Assembly: GCA_964016885.1 (NCBI GenBank)
Contig: OZ024742.1
Span: forward strand, 254,882,001-254,946,000
Reading direction: 5' to 3'
Length of the DNA: 64,000 nucleotides
Source of the DNA: Eledone cirrhosa
Lineage: Eukaryota
Each line of letters opens with the position of its first letter. Position 1 is the stretch's first letter. The position numbers and the translations under genes were made by a program. The notes beneath the pieces are model-generated. The model made no database searches and had not been told where the DNA came from. It worked only from the letters and a program-made list of their open reading frames with translations. Of the stretch, positions 51,836 through 64,000 are shown piece by piece.

Positions 51836-52600
51836 TGGCAGTGCTACCGGGGGGCACTGCCGGTTCGGGATAAACTCTACAGGCACGGAAGTGCTGTCAG
51901 ACGGACCTGCCCAAGATGCGCACAGAACGACGAAACCGTTCTGCACGCACTTGTCCAATGTCCGTGCATTACTGACTTGTGGAGTTATGTCGAACAGCTA
52001 CTGTCGCGTGTGGAACGAATCCAGTTATCGGCCGAGTCCATAGTGAAGATCGAGCCGCCACCTTCCTTACGTCAGGAAGAGCAGGACATTTTCCTCTGTC
52101 TGGTGGCAGTTGCGAAGAGATTATATGGTGGACCAGGTTGAAAGGACTAAAGACAGACACTTTTCTCTTCGGCCAATCCCTCATCAACTTCTTCAAGTTT
52201 CACCTGGAAAGGAGGGTGAGGGTGGAGAGTGAAGTGCTCCCCCCCCCCACTACATTTGCTAAAAGGTGGGTGAATGTGGCGAGAATGGCTCGTGTGAATG
52301 GGCCTACTCTGACCATGCGCCTATAGGCTGGCTAACTTGAGGAGAGGGGTGCTCTCCTGGGTGCCCTAGAAGCGCAGGGTGGTTCAGGATTGGTGGGGTA
52401 CCCGAATCACCCCAGGGTCGTCCACCCCCTATCGGGGAATTTATTTTGTTATATTTTGCATAGTTTATTTTATATTTTATATTTTCATTGTTAAATTAGA
52501 CTTGCCATTGTGCACTTTTACACGACCTTATTGTAAACCCCCACTGTCCCTGTCTTTGTATTGTCCCTTACATGTCGGCCCTTGTGGCTAATAAATGAAA
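51836..52600 (+). mobile_element. 3' fragment of a related Tx1 subfamily
   Basis: WQCYRGAL...CPRC...WWTRLKG...ARMARVNGP; own 3' UTR and (TTA)n tail. Confidence 0.85.
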
Positions 52601-52782
52601 TCATTATTATTATTATTATTAGGCATAAGAGATGTCAGATGCAGTATAGAGAAGAGGAGATTGTGGTGGTTTGTACATGTGATATATATGGAAGATGACA
52701 GCTGTATATAAAGGTACAGGGTTGTCAAAGTCGATGTTAACTATGAAAGGGGAAGACCTAGGAAAGCTTGGGATGAAATAAT

Positions 52783-55118
52783 GCTTTCTTTATTAACCAC
52801 AAGGGTTTACATAAAGTAGACATTAAGGACAGTACAGGACAATACAGGACGGTACAAATGGGCATGTCTATGTGTAAAAGAAAACAAAGGATGTAATAAA
52901 AAAATAACAATGAAAAATTCCCAATAGTGGGGGGACTTCGGAGGGGCATTTGTGGAGAAAGCCCATTAAAAGGCCACAGTGACCCTGACCACCAGGGCAA
53001 GTGCCCTCTCCCAGTTTTCCACCTTTAATTTACAGACACATACTCAGAGTAGGCCCATTCACTCAGGCCATACTTGCTTCTCTCACCCATCTTTCAACAG
53101 AATGCTGGGAAGAGAGCACTTCCCTCTCTACCCTGATATTCCTTTGCAAATGAAATTTGAAAAAGTAAATCAGTGCATCACCGAAGAGGTAAGTGCTCTT
53201 CTTCAGCCCTTTCAAACGTGTCCACCATACTATCTCTTTCGCCATGGCCACCAGACAGATAAAAACTGCCTGCCCTTCCCGGCTAAAGGAAGAGGGCGGG
53301 GAAATCCTCACGATGGACACAGCTGATAGCTGGATCCATCCTACACGTGACAGCAGGTGTTCGACATAAACCCACAAGTCAGCAATGCTCGGACACTGGA
53401 CGAGTGCGTGCAGGACGGTTTCGTCGCCCTGCGCACATCTCGGACATGCCTGGCTGACGGCACTTCCATGCCTGTAGAGTTTACCCCGAACTGGCAAAGC
53501 TCCTCGGTAGCACTGCCAGACCAGGGATTTCTGGAAGTTGTCCATAGGCCCCGGCCCGAAAGTCCTTCCGAAGAGATTAGCTAGTTGATTTTCGTCGACG
53601 CCTAGAGTTTCTCCAAGTACGTCGTCGCTCTTCCCCTCAACTAATCCTCTCTAGAACGCCAAGGTGGAGTTTCCACCGATCACATTGCCCGATTGGTAGA
53701 GGGCTGCGACCGCCTCAAGACATTCCAGTCTCCAAGCGCTCCCTCTCGGTCTTCGCTTGCCCCTGGACAACAGCTTCGTTAAGGCGACGAGCTGGGGAAA
53801 GACGTGTCTAGCCAACGGCGACCACACCTGATCACCATCGAGGAAGAGGTGGAGATGTCGTAGCATGAGCGCGTGTCTGCTCATCATCAACCACGGCATT
53901 CCCAGCCCTCCACGTAGCGGTAGTTGACAGCAGATGGACCGCCTGACCATCCGAGCGCGTCCCTTCCACAAAAAGCGAAAGAGCAAACGCTCCAGCGCTG
54001 TCAGGCGGGGCTTAGGACAAGGTACGACCGTCAGGCAGTAGTAGATGACGGACGCGATGTACGCGGACCGAGCGCATGATGTTGAATGGTTCCGAAAGGT
54101 GACCGTTCACTCTCACCACAGAGCAGATGTCGCTGTGCATGGCAGCGATCCAGCCTCTGATGACGGACCCAAAGCTAGCTGCCCTCAGGACTGCCGCTAT
54201 GTAACGATGGCCGACCCTATCGAAAGCTTTCGACTCATCTAAATTGATCAAGGACCCATCCGTGCCAGGTTCCCTAGATACCCTCTCTACGATGTATCGC
54301 TTGAGGTGGAGGTTGTCATGGATGGATCTGTCGGGAATGGCGCATGTCTGCGTCTCTCCCACCAGACCATCAACGACAAGCGCTAACCTCTTTGCTAGCA
54401 CCTTGGCCAAAATCTTGAACTCTGCGTTTAGCAGAGTTATGGGCCTGAAAATATCTATGTTATCCCCCTTGTTCGGATCCTTTCTCAGCAGCGCCACAGC
54501 TCCTCGGCTCACAGAGCTGGGAATTCTCCCGTTCTGTTGCCAGCTGCAGTAGACATCCGCCAAGAGGCCTACGAACAAGTCTGGCATCTGTACGTAAAGT
54601 TCATAGAGCAGACCATCCAAACCAAGCGATTTACCCCTTGTGCAGCCAGTCATTGCCTCCCGTACTTCAGCAGCTGTTATCGGCTTTTCGCAACACTCCG
54701 CCTCAGTGGCCGAGAGCCGCGGCAGTCCGTCGATGTAGACACTAATGTCCATCCCTCGATCCGGCCCGCCGAATCCCCCGAACAGCTGTGCGAAGTGTCG
54801 CTGAAAAGCTTCACACATTTGCCCGGGATCGAGTAGCATGCGCCCGTCGTGGTCCACCAATAACCGGATCGTGGATTTGTTGCCACGACGCGCCTCCGCC
54901 ACTCGGGCCCATTGAACGGCTTTCGTCCCCTCGTGTCTGAGAGCACGCACCCTAGCTCTGACAACGAAGCCTTCGCGCTTTGCATTGAAGAATTGGTCAA
55001 GGGCCAATTTCGCCGCAAGTACGTCGGTCGCGATGCCTTTGCTAAGCGCCTCAACTAATTTTCTAACTAATTCTCTCTCTGCTCTACTTTTCTCTATCGC
55101 TAAAGCCTTACTAAACCT
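52783..55118 (-). mobile_element. Tx1 LINE copy, 5'-truncated, with internal RT deletion
   Basis: Colinear inverted homolog of 49070-51822; lacks the segment matching about 50128-50576. Confidence 0.92.
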
Positions 55119-56551
55119 AAGGGTTGGGATGAAATAATAAAAGCTCACCTTGCCCAATTAAATCTCTCAATGGAAATGTCACAGGATCGAGATTTCTGGC
55201 GTCACGCTGTACTGTAGAAGACCCACCCCCTTCCCTTGTGCTGAAAATGAAATAATACAAACATGCAGAGAACACATTTGTCTGCACCAATCTTCTCTTC
55301 ATCCCTCCCCATTCATAATACCCTCTCCTCACCTGATAAATATCCCACACACCTCGTTGATGCTACAACAGTAAAAGCACCCAGTTCGGTGGTCATGTTG
55401 GTGATACGACAAAATGTGTGCAGTTCACATTGTAACGTGTTTCGTGTTAAGAACGGCATCCAGCCTTAGAAACTAAACCAAAATACACATCCATATGAGC
55501 AAGACCTGGTCTCCACACCTGACATGTCTCATAACGTGACAACTTGTTTAACCCATGCAGGTGTATTAAAAATGAACGTTAAATGATAATGTTGATGATG
55601 ATGATGGTATATATAAACAAACGGAACTTAGTAAACTATCAGGGAAGACAACTCCACTTTTGCTCAATTTAAATCCCATGTTAATATGATTGAGCAGACC
55701 TATAATTAAAGTTGTTCCAGCCGTGACTATCATGTTTATATATATATATATATATATATATACATACATGTGTGTGTGTGTGTGTGTGTGACTAAACTGC
55801 AGAATATGGTCTTTGTTGTTGTAAGACAGTAGAGAGAGAGTGATATTTGGCTGCTATTTCTACCAGCACAAGTAACCAGGTAAAATACTACCTCGTTGAT
55901 ACGTAATAATTATTTCACTGAGTGATGCTGCTTGTTTTACCATGGGTTGGATACAATTGATGGAGTGAATTGATATAACTGAACGTCTTATTGACGGTAT
56001 AAAATTATGTCAGGGACTTTTAACGTATGGCACCGGTGTCGTTTAAGAGCTGGGAAACATTGTCAACGACATCACGTACCTGCTATCTTAATTATAACTT
56101 TAATTAATCTAATTATATCTTGTGTAGAAATTATTTCATGTTAAGGTGAAAGTTAATATTCTGTAGATAACATAGAGTGAGCTACAGGTTTCAGGGTAGG
56201 TGTTCCATCACCTACATGATTAAATATTTCATTTCATGAGAAACTACGCTACATCGCGAATTGGTTGTTCCACATTTTACAGGACAGTGAGAAATAGGTT
56301 TAAATGACCAACATCTGAACAATTAGCTTTACTGGTCTTTCTTGACTTTACATTCGGACTTGAAATATGAAGTACGTATTATTTGTATTGTTAACACAGC
56401 AGATATTGTGTACTTTTCTACACTCCGTGGTGAACAATCCTGATTTATTAAGACAAACACACACACACTCTCTCTTACACTTTCTTATACCGACATCAGT
56501 CTTACACAGTTATATATCTTCAGAACTTCGAAGAATGCTTCAAGAATTACT

Positions 56552-57228
56552 ATGGAGGACGTTAAACACTTGGTCATTTCTACCACACCTGTTCCTACCA
56601 ATATAGATACAGTTACACAGACATACATTGTTGAGAAACCTTTACCTAATGAAACATGTACTGAACAAGGATCATTATACAGAAATATTCCTGAATATAG
56701 CTGTGAGATTTGTATGAAAACTTTCTCATCAGAAGATGAATTATCTACACACAAACACATACATATTAAAGACAAACCCTATCATTGTGAAATATGTGGG
56801 AAATCTTTTAGTTGGAGTGAACACACACCGGAGAAAAACATTTCAAATGTGAAACATGTGGGAAATCTTTCCGTGTGAAATCCAATTTTGTTAGGCATTT
56901 ACGTAATCACATTGGGGAAAAACCATTTCACTGTGAAATATGTGGGAATTCTTTCGCTGAGAAAGCTAATCTTGTTAGACATATATGTATTCACACCAGA
57001 GAGAAACCTTTTCTCAGTGAAATATGTGGGAAATATTTTGCTGATAGTTCTGTTCTTGTAGTTCACAGAGAGAAACCCTATCATTGTGAAACATGTGGGA
57101 AAGCGTTTATACAGAGCTGTTCTTTAACTATACATAAAAGAACACACACTGGAGAGAAACCCTATTACTGTGAAATATGTAGGTAAGCGTTTCTACAGAG
57201 CGGTTTTTTAACTGTACATAAAAGAACA
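56552..57228 (+). pseudogene. Decayed tandem C2H2 zinc-finger array
   Basis: CEICGKxF...HxxxHTGEKP repeats with frameshift, deletions, C-to-S change and TAA at 57184; cut by a SINE 3' fragment at about 57229-57300. Confidence 0.85.
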
Positions 57229-57499
57229 CGGGGTCGATAAACTAAAGTACCAGTAATGCACTGGGTAATTGCTGGCCTTGTGACAAAAGTAGAAACAATT
57301 ATTTATTCAAAGTAATCCAACTTATTTTACAAACGGGGTAAAAAAATATATTCTGGATGTAGTCCCGCACTCTTTTCTTTATTATAGTTAAAATTATTAT
57401 TATAATTTATATATTTATGTATATATATTTGTTTATTTAATGCCTATCCCATGCCAGCTTAGAAAAATGGACATTAAAAGATGATGGTGATGATGATAT

Positions 57500-57588
<89 letters not shown>

Positions 57589-58551
57589 ATATATATACAT
57601 ATATATGTGTGTGTGTGTATATATATGTATGTATAAATATCGATCGATATAGATATCATGTATAAAAAATAAGATCAATCTATAATATAATGATTATGCG
57701 GCTTTATGACCACTCAATGAGAGAATTGAAGCTAAAAATCCAAGACCTCAGAGTGTTTGCACACTTCCACCATTATCATAGGCAACCAGATATCTAATAT
57801 TTCTTAGAGAACTAAAGTATCAGGCTTAGAGAACTTAAGAAACAGAGAGGCGTAATAAGTATTATACTTATCATCACCATCATCATCGTCATTTTAACGT
57901 CCTCTTTTCTTGCTAATAGCCAGTAACTTTTTATAAGGCCTATATGGTACCATTTCAGGCCAGCAAATTTATCAACATTCACTGTTGATTAACAATTGTA
58001 TATGGTGAAGCCAAAAACTGGCAATCATCAGTAGGCCTCATGTAATTGCAGAAAAATATTAAATCCCAAAGAACAGGAGGCCAGCCATTGCTCAGGCCTG
58101 CATAGAGTAAAAATGTATTTTCAGTTTTCAATAGGATGAAAGTGGTAAGCGTTATCACTAGAAATAGCTCATACACTAACTCAGAAAAAAAACTGCTCTA
58201 TTAAGTTAGGAGCATAAATATAAAAAAAGAGATCAATATAAGGATCATGCAGCTCTATGACCACTCATTGAGAGAATTGAAGCTAAAAATCCAAGATCTT
58301 TGATACATATATATAACAATGTCTGCATTGATTAGTCCAGGGGAACACAAATCAAGAGAGGACTCTATGCATGGAAGAAGTAGAGTGGGTCTAACCTTTA
58401 GGAAGGTATAAACCTAGCCGCAATGCCAAGCAGTTTCGGCTTTTATTCAGCAAGGGCAGCAAAGAAGGTGCTGGATGAGCAACATCTACACATGGTCAGC
58501 TTGGAGGAAATTGTAGAAGGTCTGTGATGATGATATCAATGTCATTATAAT

Positions 58552-58742
58552 GGGCGGTGGATTGGCAGTATCGGTAGAGGGTCGGATGCCATGCTTTCTA
58601 GCATAGTTACGTCCCTTTATGTTCTGAGTTCAAATCCCGCCGAGGTTAACTTTGCCTTTCATCCTTACGGGGTCGATAAAATAAAGTACCAGTAATGTAC
58701 TGGGTAATTGCTGGCCTTGTGCCTAAAGTAGAAACAATTATT
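58552..58742 (+). mobile_element. Full-length tRNA-derived SINE (Meta-domain-like core)
   Basis: TGGCAGTATCGG A box, GAGTTCAAATCCC B box, CTTTGCCTTTCATCCTTACGGGGTCGATAAA core. Confidence 0.9.
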
Positions 58743-59504
58743 ATGTAACCATATATGTGTGTATTTGTGAGTATTTGTATATACATGTGCGTGTGCATTT
58801 ATGTCTGTATGTGTTTGTTTGTATGTGCGTGTGTGTGTGTGTATGTTTGTGTATGTGTGTGTATTTGTGTATGTGTGTGTATTTGTCTATATGTTTGTGT
58901 ATGAGTATGAGTATGTTTGTGTGTGAATGTATGTGTGTGTGTGTGTGTGCATGCATTTCTGAACAGACAGTGCATCTATTCAAAACAAGGCTTTGTTTTG
59001 TTTTTTCCAATTTTTTCAGAAAAAATGTCCCTCAAACCCAACCAAATTATATTATCTTTTGAAGCTGTTTGACATCTTTGAGTAATACCCCCTCCTAGTG
59101 ATTGGTCGCTGTTTCACTAGGTGATTCACATTCTGACCTCGGTCAAATAAGAAATAACCATTTTTATTCAGAAATTTACTACAATGTACTTGTCAATTTT
59201 CTTTGTACTGCAACATTAAATTTTCAGAATATTCATGGCTTGTGGAGGAAATTCCTTTAGTCATTCTGCAAAAATATCTTTTCTTTTAAATTCTATCAAG
59301 TGTTTTAATAATCAACAGTGAATGGCTAAATGTTAGTAGCAGAGCTAATCTACAATAATGACAACCTCTTTTATTTTGTACATGTATGTTTGAAGTGGTT
59401 AGGATGTTCAGCTCTCAAGCTTATGGTCATGGGTTTGATTCCTGATGACATGAATGTTGCTCCAGTCTACATATATATGTGTTCAGAGAAGTGGGTGTAT
59501 GTAA

Positions 59505-59825
59505 AAGCATATGGCTTAGTGATTAGGGTGTTTTAAGTAATAATCTGCAGAATGTGGGCTTGATTCCCAGTTGTGCATTCTGTCCTTGAGCAAAATGCTT
59601 TATTTCATGTTACATTTACTCATCAGAAGAAAAGTGAAATGTAGCTCTAATTCAAAAGGGTCAAACTTAACATACATTGTGTTATTATGAATCTCTGTTA
59701 GAGCTTTATTAAAAGAGCACATGTCTATGGAATGCTCAGTCATTTACATGTTAAGTTCATGAGCAGGCTGTTTCATTGTTCAAATAACTGAAACACTTGC
59801 CATCAGAACCAACGGAGGTCCAACA
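59505..59825 (+). mobile_element. Old CORE-like SINE
   Basis: TGGCTTAGTG head, TCCTTGAGCAAA..CTTTATTTCA core, diverged body. Confidence 0.6.
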
Positions 59826-60397
59826 ACATGCAATTTTCTAAACACGTAAAACTCGTAGTGGTAATTCTTAAAGTTCCAAGGATCATCTTTTCTCTGTTAT
59901 AATTCTCTGTTGATTATACATAATAATTGTTTGCTTCTTTCTTTCATTTATATACTGGGTTATATGATGGGTTTCAGTACATACACACATGAGAATCGCA
60001 GCGTCTTCACAGACGATTGACATCTCTTATTGATTATTCATTTTCTTCCCATCCATGTCCATGACTTCGTAGATGACTTTGTAAACCGGCTGTAGATCTG
60101 CATGGCTTATGACACCGGTGACAGAAGAGAGTTGTGCTTTCCATAGGAGCAATGGGGTCACCTAATTGGACACAATCTATATGCACAATCATATGGTTTT
60201 TAGTCTGGAATTACTTCTACACATTTTGTTGCATTATACGTGCATACACTTATACACACATTACTTCTACACATTTTGTTGCATTACACGTACATACAAG
60301 CATACACACATGCATAAGCTGCACACACACACACACATATTTTCAGTACTTAAAAAAAGCCAAAAATTCGGCTTCATACATTATATATATATATATA

Positions 60398-61687
60398 CAG
60401 GGGTGTGGACGATATTTGTTCCCAATTTTCAACTGCTAATTTTATGCAATTTTTTTTTCCTTCCGTTGTCACTCTTTTCTTCATAAAAACAGTGACTATA
60501 TTTCCATTATTTATTTTCAGAATAATTGATTATGAATAATTTTGAACCTCCAAATTTGTGGAAGAGACACAGAGTTCTTCTTGGAATCCGCGCCGCGAGG
60601 ACAAATAAGATGATTTCAGACTTTCTCAGCGTCAGCAGGAGAATGGTGGAAAAGGTCAGAAAGGAATTGGAAGATTCAGGATTCGACTATGAAGCAACAT
60701 CAGAGAGGAAAAAACATGATCGACAATCTGACACCTTCAGCACGCCCGAGTTCGTCGCTGAAGTTCAGGATATCATCAACCTAGCAAGTCTATGCATGCC
60801 ATTGCAAAAGAGAAAGGCGATGATGAAAAGCTCATTAGGCTGGTGGTACATGAAGAAATTCGCTAGGTTTCATACAAGATGAGGAAAGGACATTTTCTGT
60901 CAAAGGCGATGCAAGAAAAGCGACTGAAGCACGCAAAGAAGCTGATCAACAAGTTGAAACACCCAATGGAGCTAGACATGCTGTGGTTTTTCTCTTACGA
61001 GAAAAACTTCTGCCAAAACCAGAAGTTCAACTCCCAGAACAACAGGTGGCTCGCTGTCTCATCCAAAGACGTGCCCAGAGTCAGGCAGATAAAGTTTCCA
61101 GCGACAACATTGGTCTTAGGTGTCGTCAGTAATCAAGGTGACGTCATGCCGCCTCACTTCTTCCCTGAGGGCCTCAAGCTGAACACTGATGGCTACATCC
61201 GCGTTCTGAGCGAGGTAGTAATGCCCTGGATCGACCAGGTAGCTGCAGGTAGGCCGTATGTGTGGCAGCAAGACTCAGCGCCCTGCCATACTAGTCCGAA
61301 ATATCAAAGCCTGGCTGTCAGAGATCTTTGTCGACCACACTTCACCTGACATCTCGCCTCCCAGCTCGCCTGACTGCAACCCCTCGACTTCTTTGTGTGG
61401 GGCGCAGTGGAACGAGACACCAACAGATCTAGCTGCAATACGAAAGACGATCTGAAGGCCAGGATCACAAGTGCCTTTAGGGGCCTAAGTCGGGGGACAG
61501 TGACGAAGGCCTGTAGCCAGTTCCGAGGCCGTCATCAAAGCCGATGGCGGGTTTATCAAGTGAGATCGAAAGAACAAGTCATGAAGACAAACTGACCCAA
61601 GTTTGATAAATATATCTTAAAAAATAAAACTACTGTGTTATTTTTTCCGAGACAGTAATCTTGCGAACAAATATCGTCCGCACCCTG
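60398..61687 (+). mobile_element. Tc1/mariner DD37D (maT-type) transposon, frameshifted
   Basis: TIRs CAGGG(G)TG.GGACGATATTTGTTC with TA flanks; WFFSYEKNF (first D mutated), WQQDSAPCH and SPDCNPLD with 37 residues between D2 and D3 after frameshift repair. Confidence 0.92.
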
Positions 61688-61699
61688 TATATATATATC

Positions 61700-64000
61700 C
61701 CCTCTCCGCACTTGAATGCTGCTCACTCCTCAGTAGAGGCCTGCTGTTCATACCCCACACCCCCTACAGCGACGAGTTCCGCACCCGAGTGGACGTCGAG
61801 CAATTTGTGAGATGCACCAAGCTACAGGCACACTTCTACAACGCTCCATTTGCTCCGGAAGCCCTAGACCGCTTTCTCGCCCTGGGCCGACGATCATCAT
61901 CTTGGACGCCGGCACCCGGGCAATTTAGCACCCTGGACGCGTTCGTTCATACCTGCCGTAGCGCAGTAAATCGCTTCGACTTCCGCCGCCGCTCCAAACA
62001 GAATAACATCTCTCGGGTCAAACTCCTCGCTCTCCGCTCCCTCCGTAACCGCAACGACATCGTCATCAAACCGGTGGACAAGGGAGACGCTGTGGTGGTG
62101 TGGTGCGCCAACCTCTACATGGCCGAAGCCATCAGGCAGTTCCGTAACCCCTTTTCTACTGCCCCCTACCTTCCGACCCCACCCCCTCTACCAACAACAG
62201 GTTTCCTCCTCCATCCAACACCTAGTCTCCTCCTCCTTCCTCCCTCTCACCGCTTGCCACCTCATCGACCGCACCCCCCGCATCCTCACCATCTACTTCC
62301 TCCTCAAGATCCACAAACCCGACAACCCCGGCCGTCCCATCGTCTCCGCCTACAACTGCCCCACTCAACTCATCTCCGCATTTCTCGACTCCATCATCGC
62401 CCCACTCGTCACTGCCCCCCCCCACATCTCTGACACCAACCATGCCCTTCGCCTGTTTGACTCCCTCACCTTCCCACCCGACACACACGCCCTCCTCTTC
62501 ACATTCGTCATTAAGTCCCTTTACACCGTCATCCCCCATGCCGACGGCCTATGCGCCCTCTGGCACTACCTTGACCTTCGTCGTTCTCCCGTCCCCTTCA
62601 CCCCAACCCTCCTTCACCTCGCCAAACTGGTCCTCACCCTTAACTGCTTCTCCTTCTCGGGCGAATTTTACTAACAGGTCACTAAGGTTGCCATGGGCAC
62701 AATAATGGGCCCCAACTATGCCAACCTTTACGTTGGCCATGTTGAGGCCCAAATCTTTGCCCAATACACCGGCCCCATGCCCGAACTGTATGATCGGTAA
62801 ATCGATGACTGCATCGGAGCCACGACCCTCACCCGAGAACAGCTCGACTTTCTCTCCTTCTTCCGCTTCTTCCACCCCTCCTGCCACCTCATCACCTCTA
62901 TCTCCACCACCCACGTCCACTTCTTGGACATCCCATCGCCATCGACCCCTCCCACCGCTCCATTGCCACCTCCGCCTTCTTCAAACCCACCTCCTCCCAC
63001 TCCTACCTCGACTTCCCCTTCTCCCACCTTACACACTCCAGATCCACTGCCTCTGCAGCCGAGATGCTGACTTTGAGACTCAGGCCCTGTCTCTGGTCAG
63101 CCATTTCATCCGGAGATGCTACCCCCATCCCTCCCCCTCCCACGTCCACACCGCCCTCACTTGTGCCCGCACAGTCAGCCACTCCACCGCCCTCACCCCA
63201 CGTCCCCTTCCCCCTCACCTACCACCCCTATACCCTACCCATCCACTGCACCATCCTCCACCTCCTCCGACGCCTCCAGTCCGACCCCTCCACCTCCCAT
63301 CTTCCCACCCCCACCCCCCTTCAAAAGCGCGTGCAACCTGCTCGTCTGCAGCTCTCTACTCCCAACCCCCGTTCAGCCTCCGGTTCTCTTCCCTGCTCCA
63401 GACCTCGCTGCTACACCTGCCCCCTTATTACCCATACCACCACCTTCCAGGGTCCCAACGGCCACTCACTCTCTCTGTCCGGCATGCCTTCCGCTGCACC
63501 TCGTCTATGGACTTCACTACACGGAGTGCAACGCAGCCTATGTCAGAGAGACCAGACGTCACCTGGCGGATCAGGTCACGGAGCACCTCAGAGATATTCG
63601 TATAGGCGGGAGTTCCCCCATCGCCCACCACTTTGGTTTCCCTAGACACTCCACCAACAACCTCAACATCTATGGCTTGATTGAATGCCATGGAACCCCC
63701 GCAACCCTCCTTAGGGCCGAACAACACACCATCTTCACCCTCTAGACCCACACCCCTCGGTCTGAATTCCCACCCCTCTTCCTTAAGCCTTAGACCGTCC
63801 CCCTCCCATCCCCTACACACACCCTCTATTAACACCCCTACAACACTCCCAAGATTCACCGTCCCCTCCACTTCCATCCACCCCACCTTCTGCCCCCCCC
63901 CCCCACAAATAATATATACTAACAACCTCCACGCCCTCCCCCTATCACATGCGCATCTACACCCTCAACATGCACATACACACCAGTCCATATATACGCT
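61700..64000 (+). mobile_element. Decayed C-rich Penelope-like element (Neptune-type) with RT and GIY-YIG
   Basis: IVIKPVDKG, KIHKPDNPGRPIVS, SLYTVIP, VAMGTIMGPNYANLYVG, R*IDDC, CSRPRCYTC, LVYG...YVRET...EHLRDI. Confidence 0.9.

Noticed and set aside
57670-58300. 75-bp direct repeats as LTRs
   Set aside because: No TG..CA ends, PBS or PPT; a third copy lies inverted at about 8068-8132, so it is an ordinary dispersed repeat.
62222-63925. Gly/Glu-rich minus-strand and Pro-rich plus-strand ORFs
   Set aside because: Shadow frames of the C-rich PLE.

Overview
Eukaryotic, AT-rich, repeat-saturated DNA with no intact host gene. The (TA)n/(CATA)n/(GAT)n microsatellites, tRNA-derived SINEs with RTE-type tails and decayed C2H2 zinc-finger array suggest an octopod cephalopod genome (inference). 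Nearly all ORFs are transposon remnants: Tx1/L1-clade LINEs, RTE LINEs, R4/Dong-type RLE LINEs, Penelope-like elements (PLEs, Naiad- and Neptune-type), a Helitron, a Gypsy relic, a DD37D Tc1/mariner and MITEs. Two signals stand out. (1) Several unrelated short, non-coding fold-back or tandem elements sit in (TA)n and carry minimal type I hammerhead ribozymes, some with variant cores (U3-A8; U4A; U.U-closed stem II); one is a 321-bp tandem retrozyme-like unit. (2) A decayed Naiad-type PLE has TGA at three conserved cysteine positions of its GIY-YIG region, the pattern expected of a selenoprotein-encoding retroelement. All calls were made by eye with no searches or folding runs, so boundaries of decayed elements are approximate.
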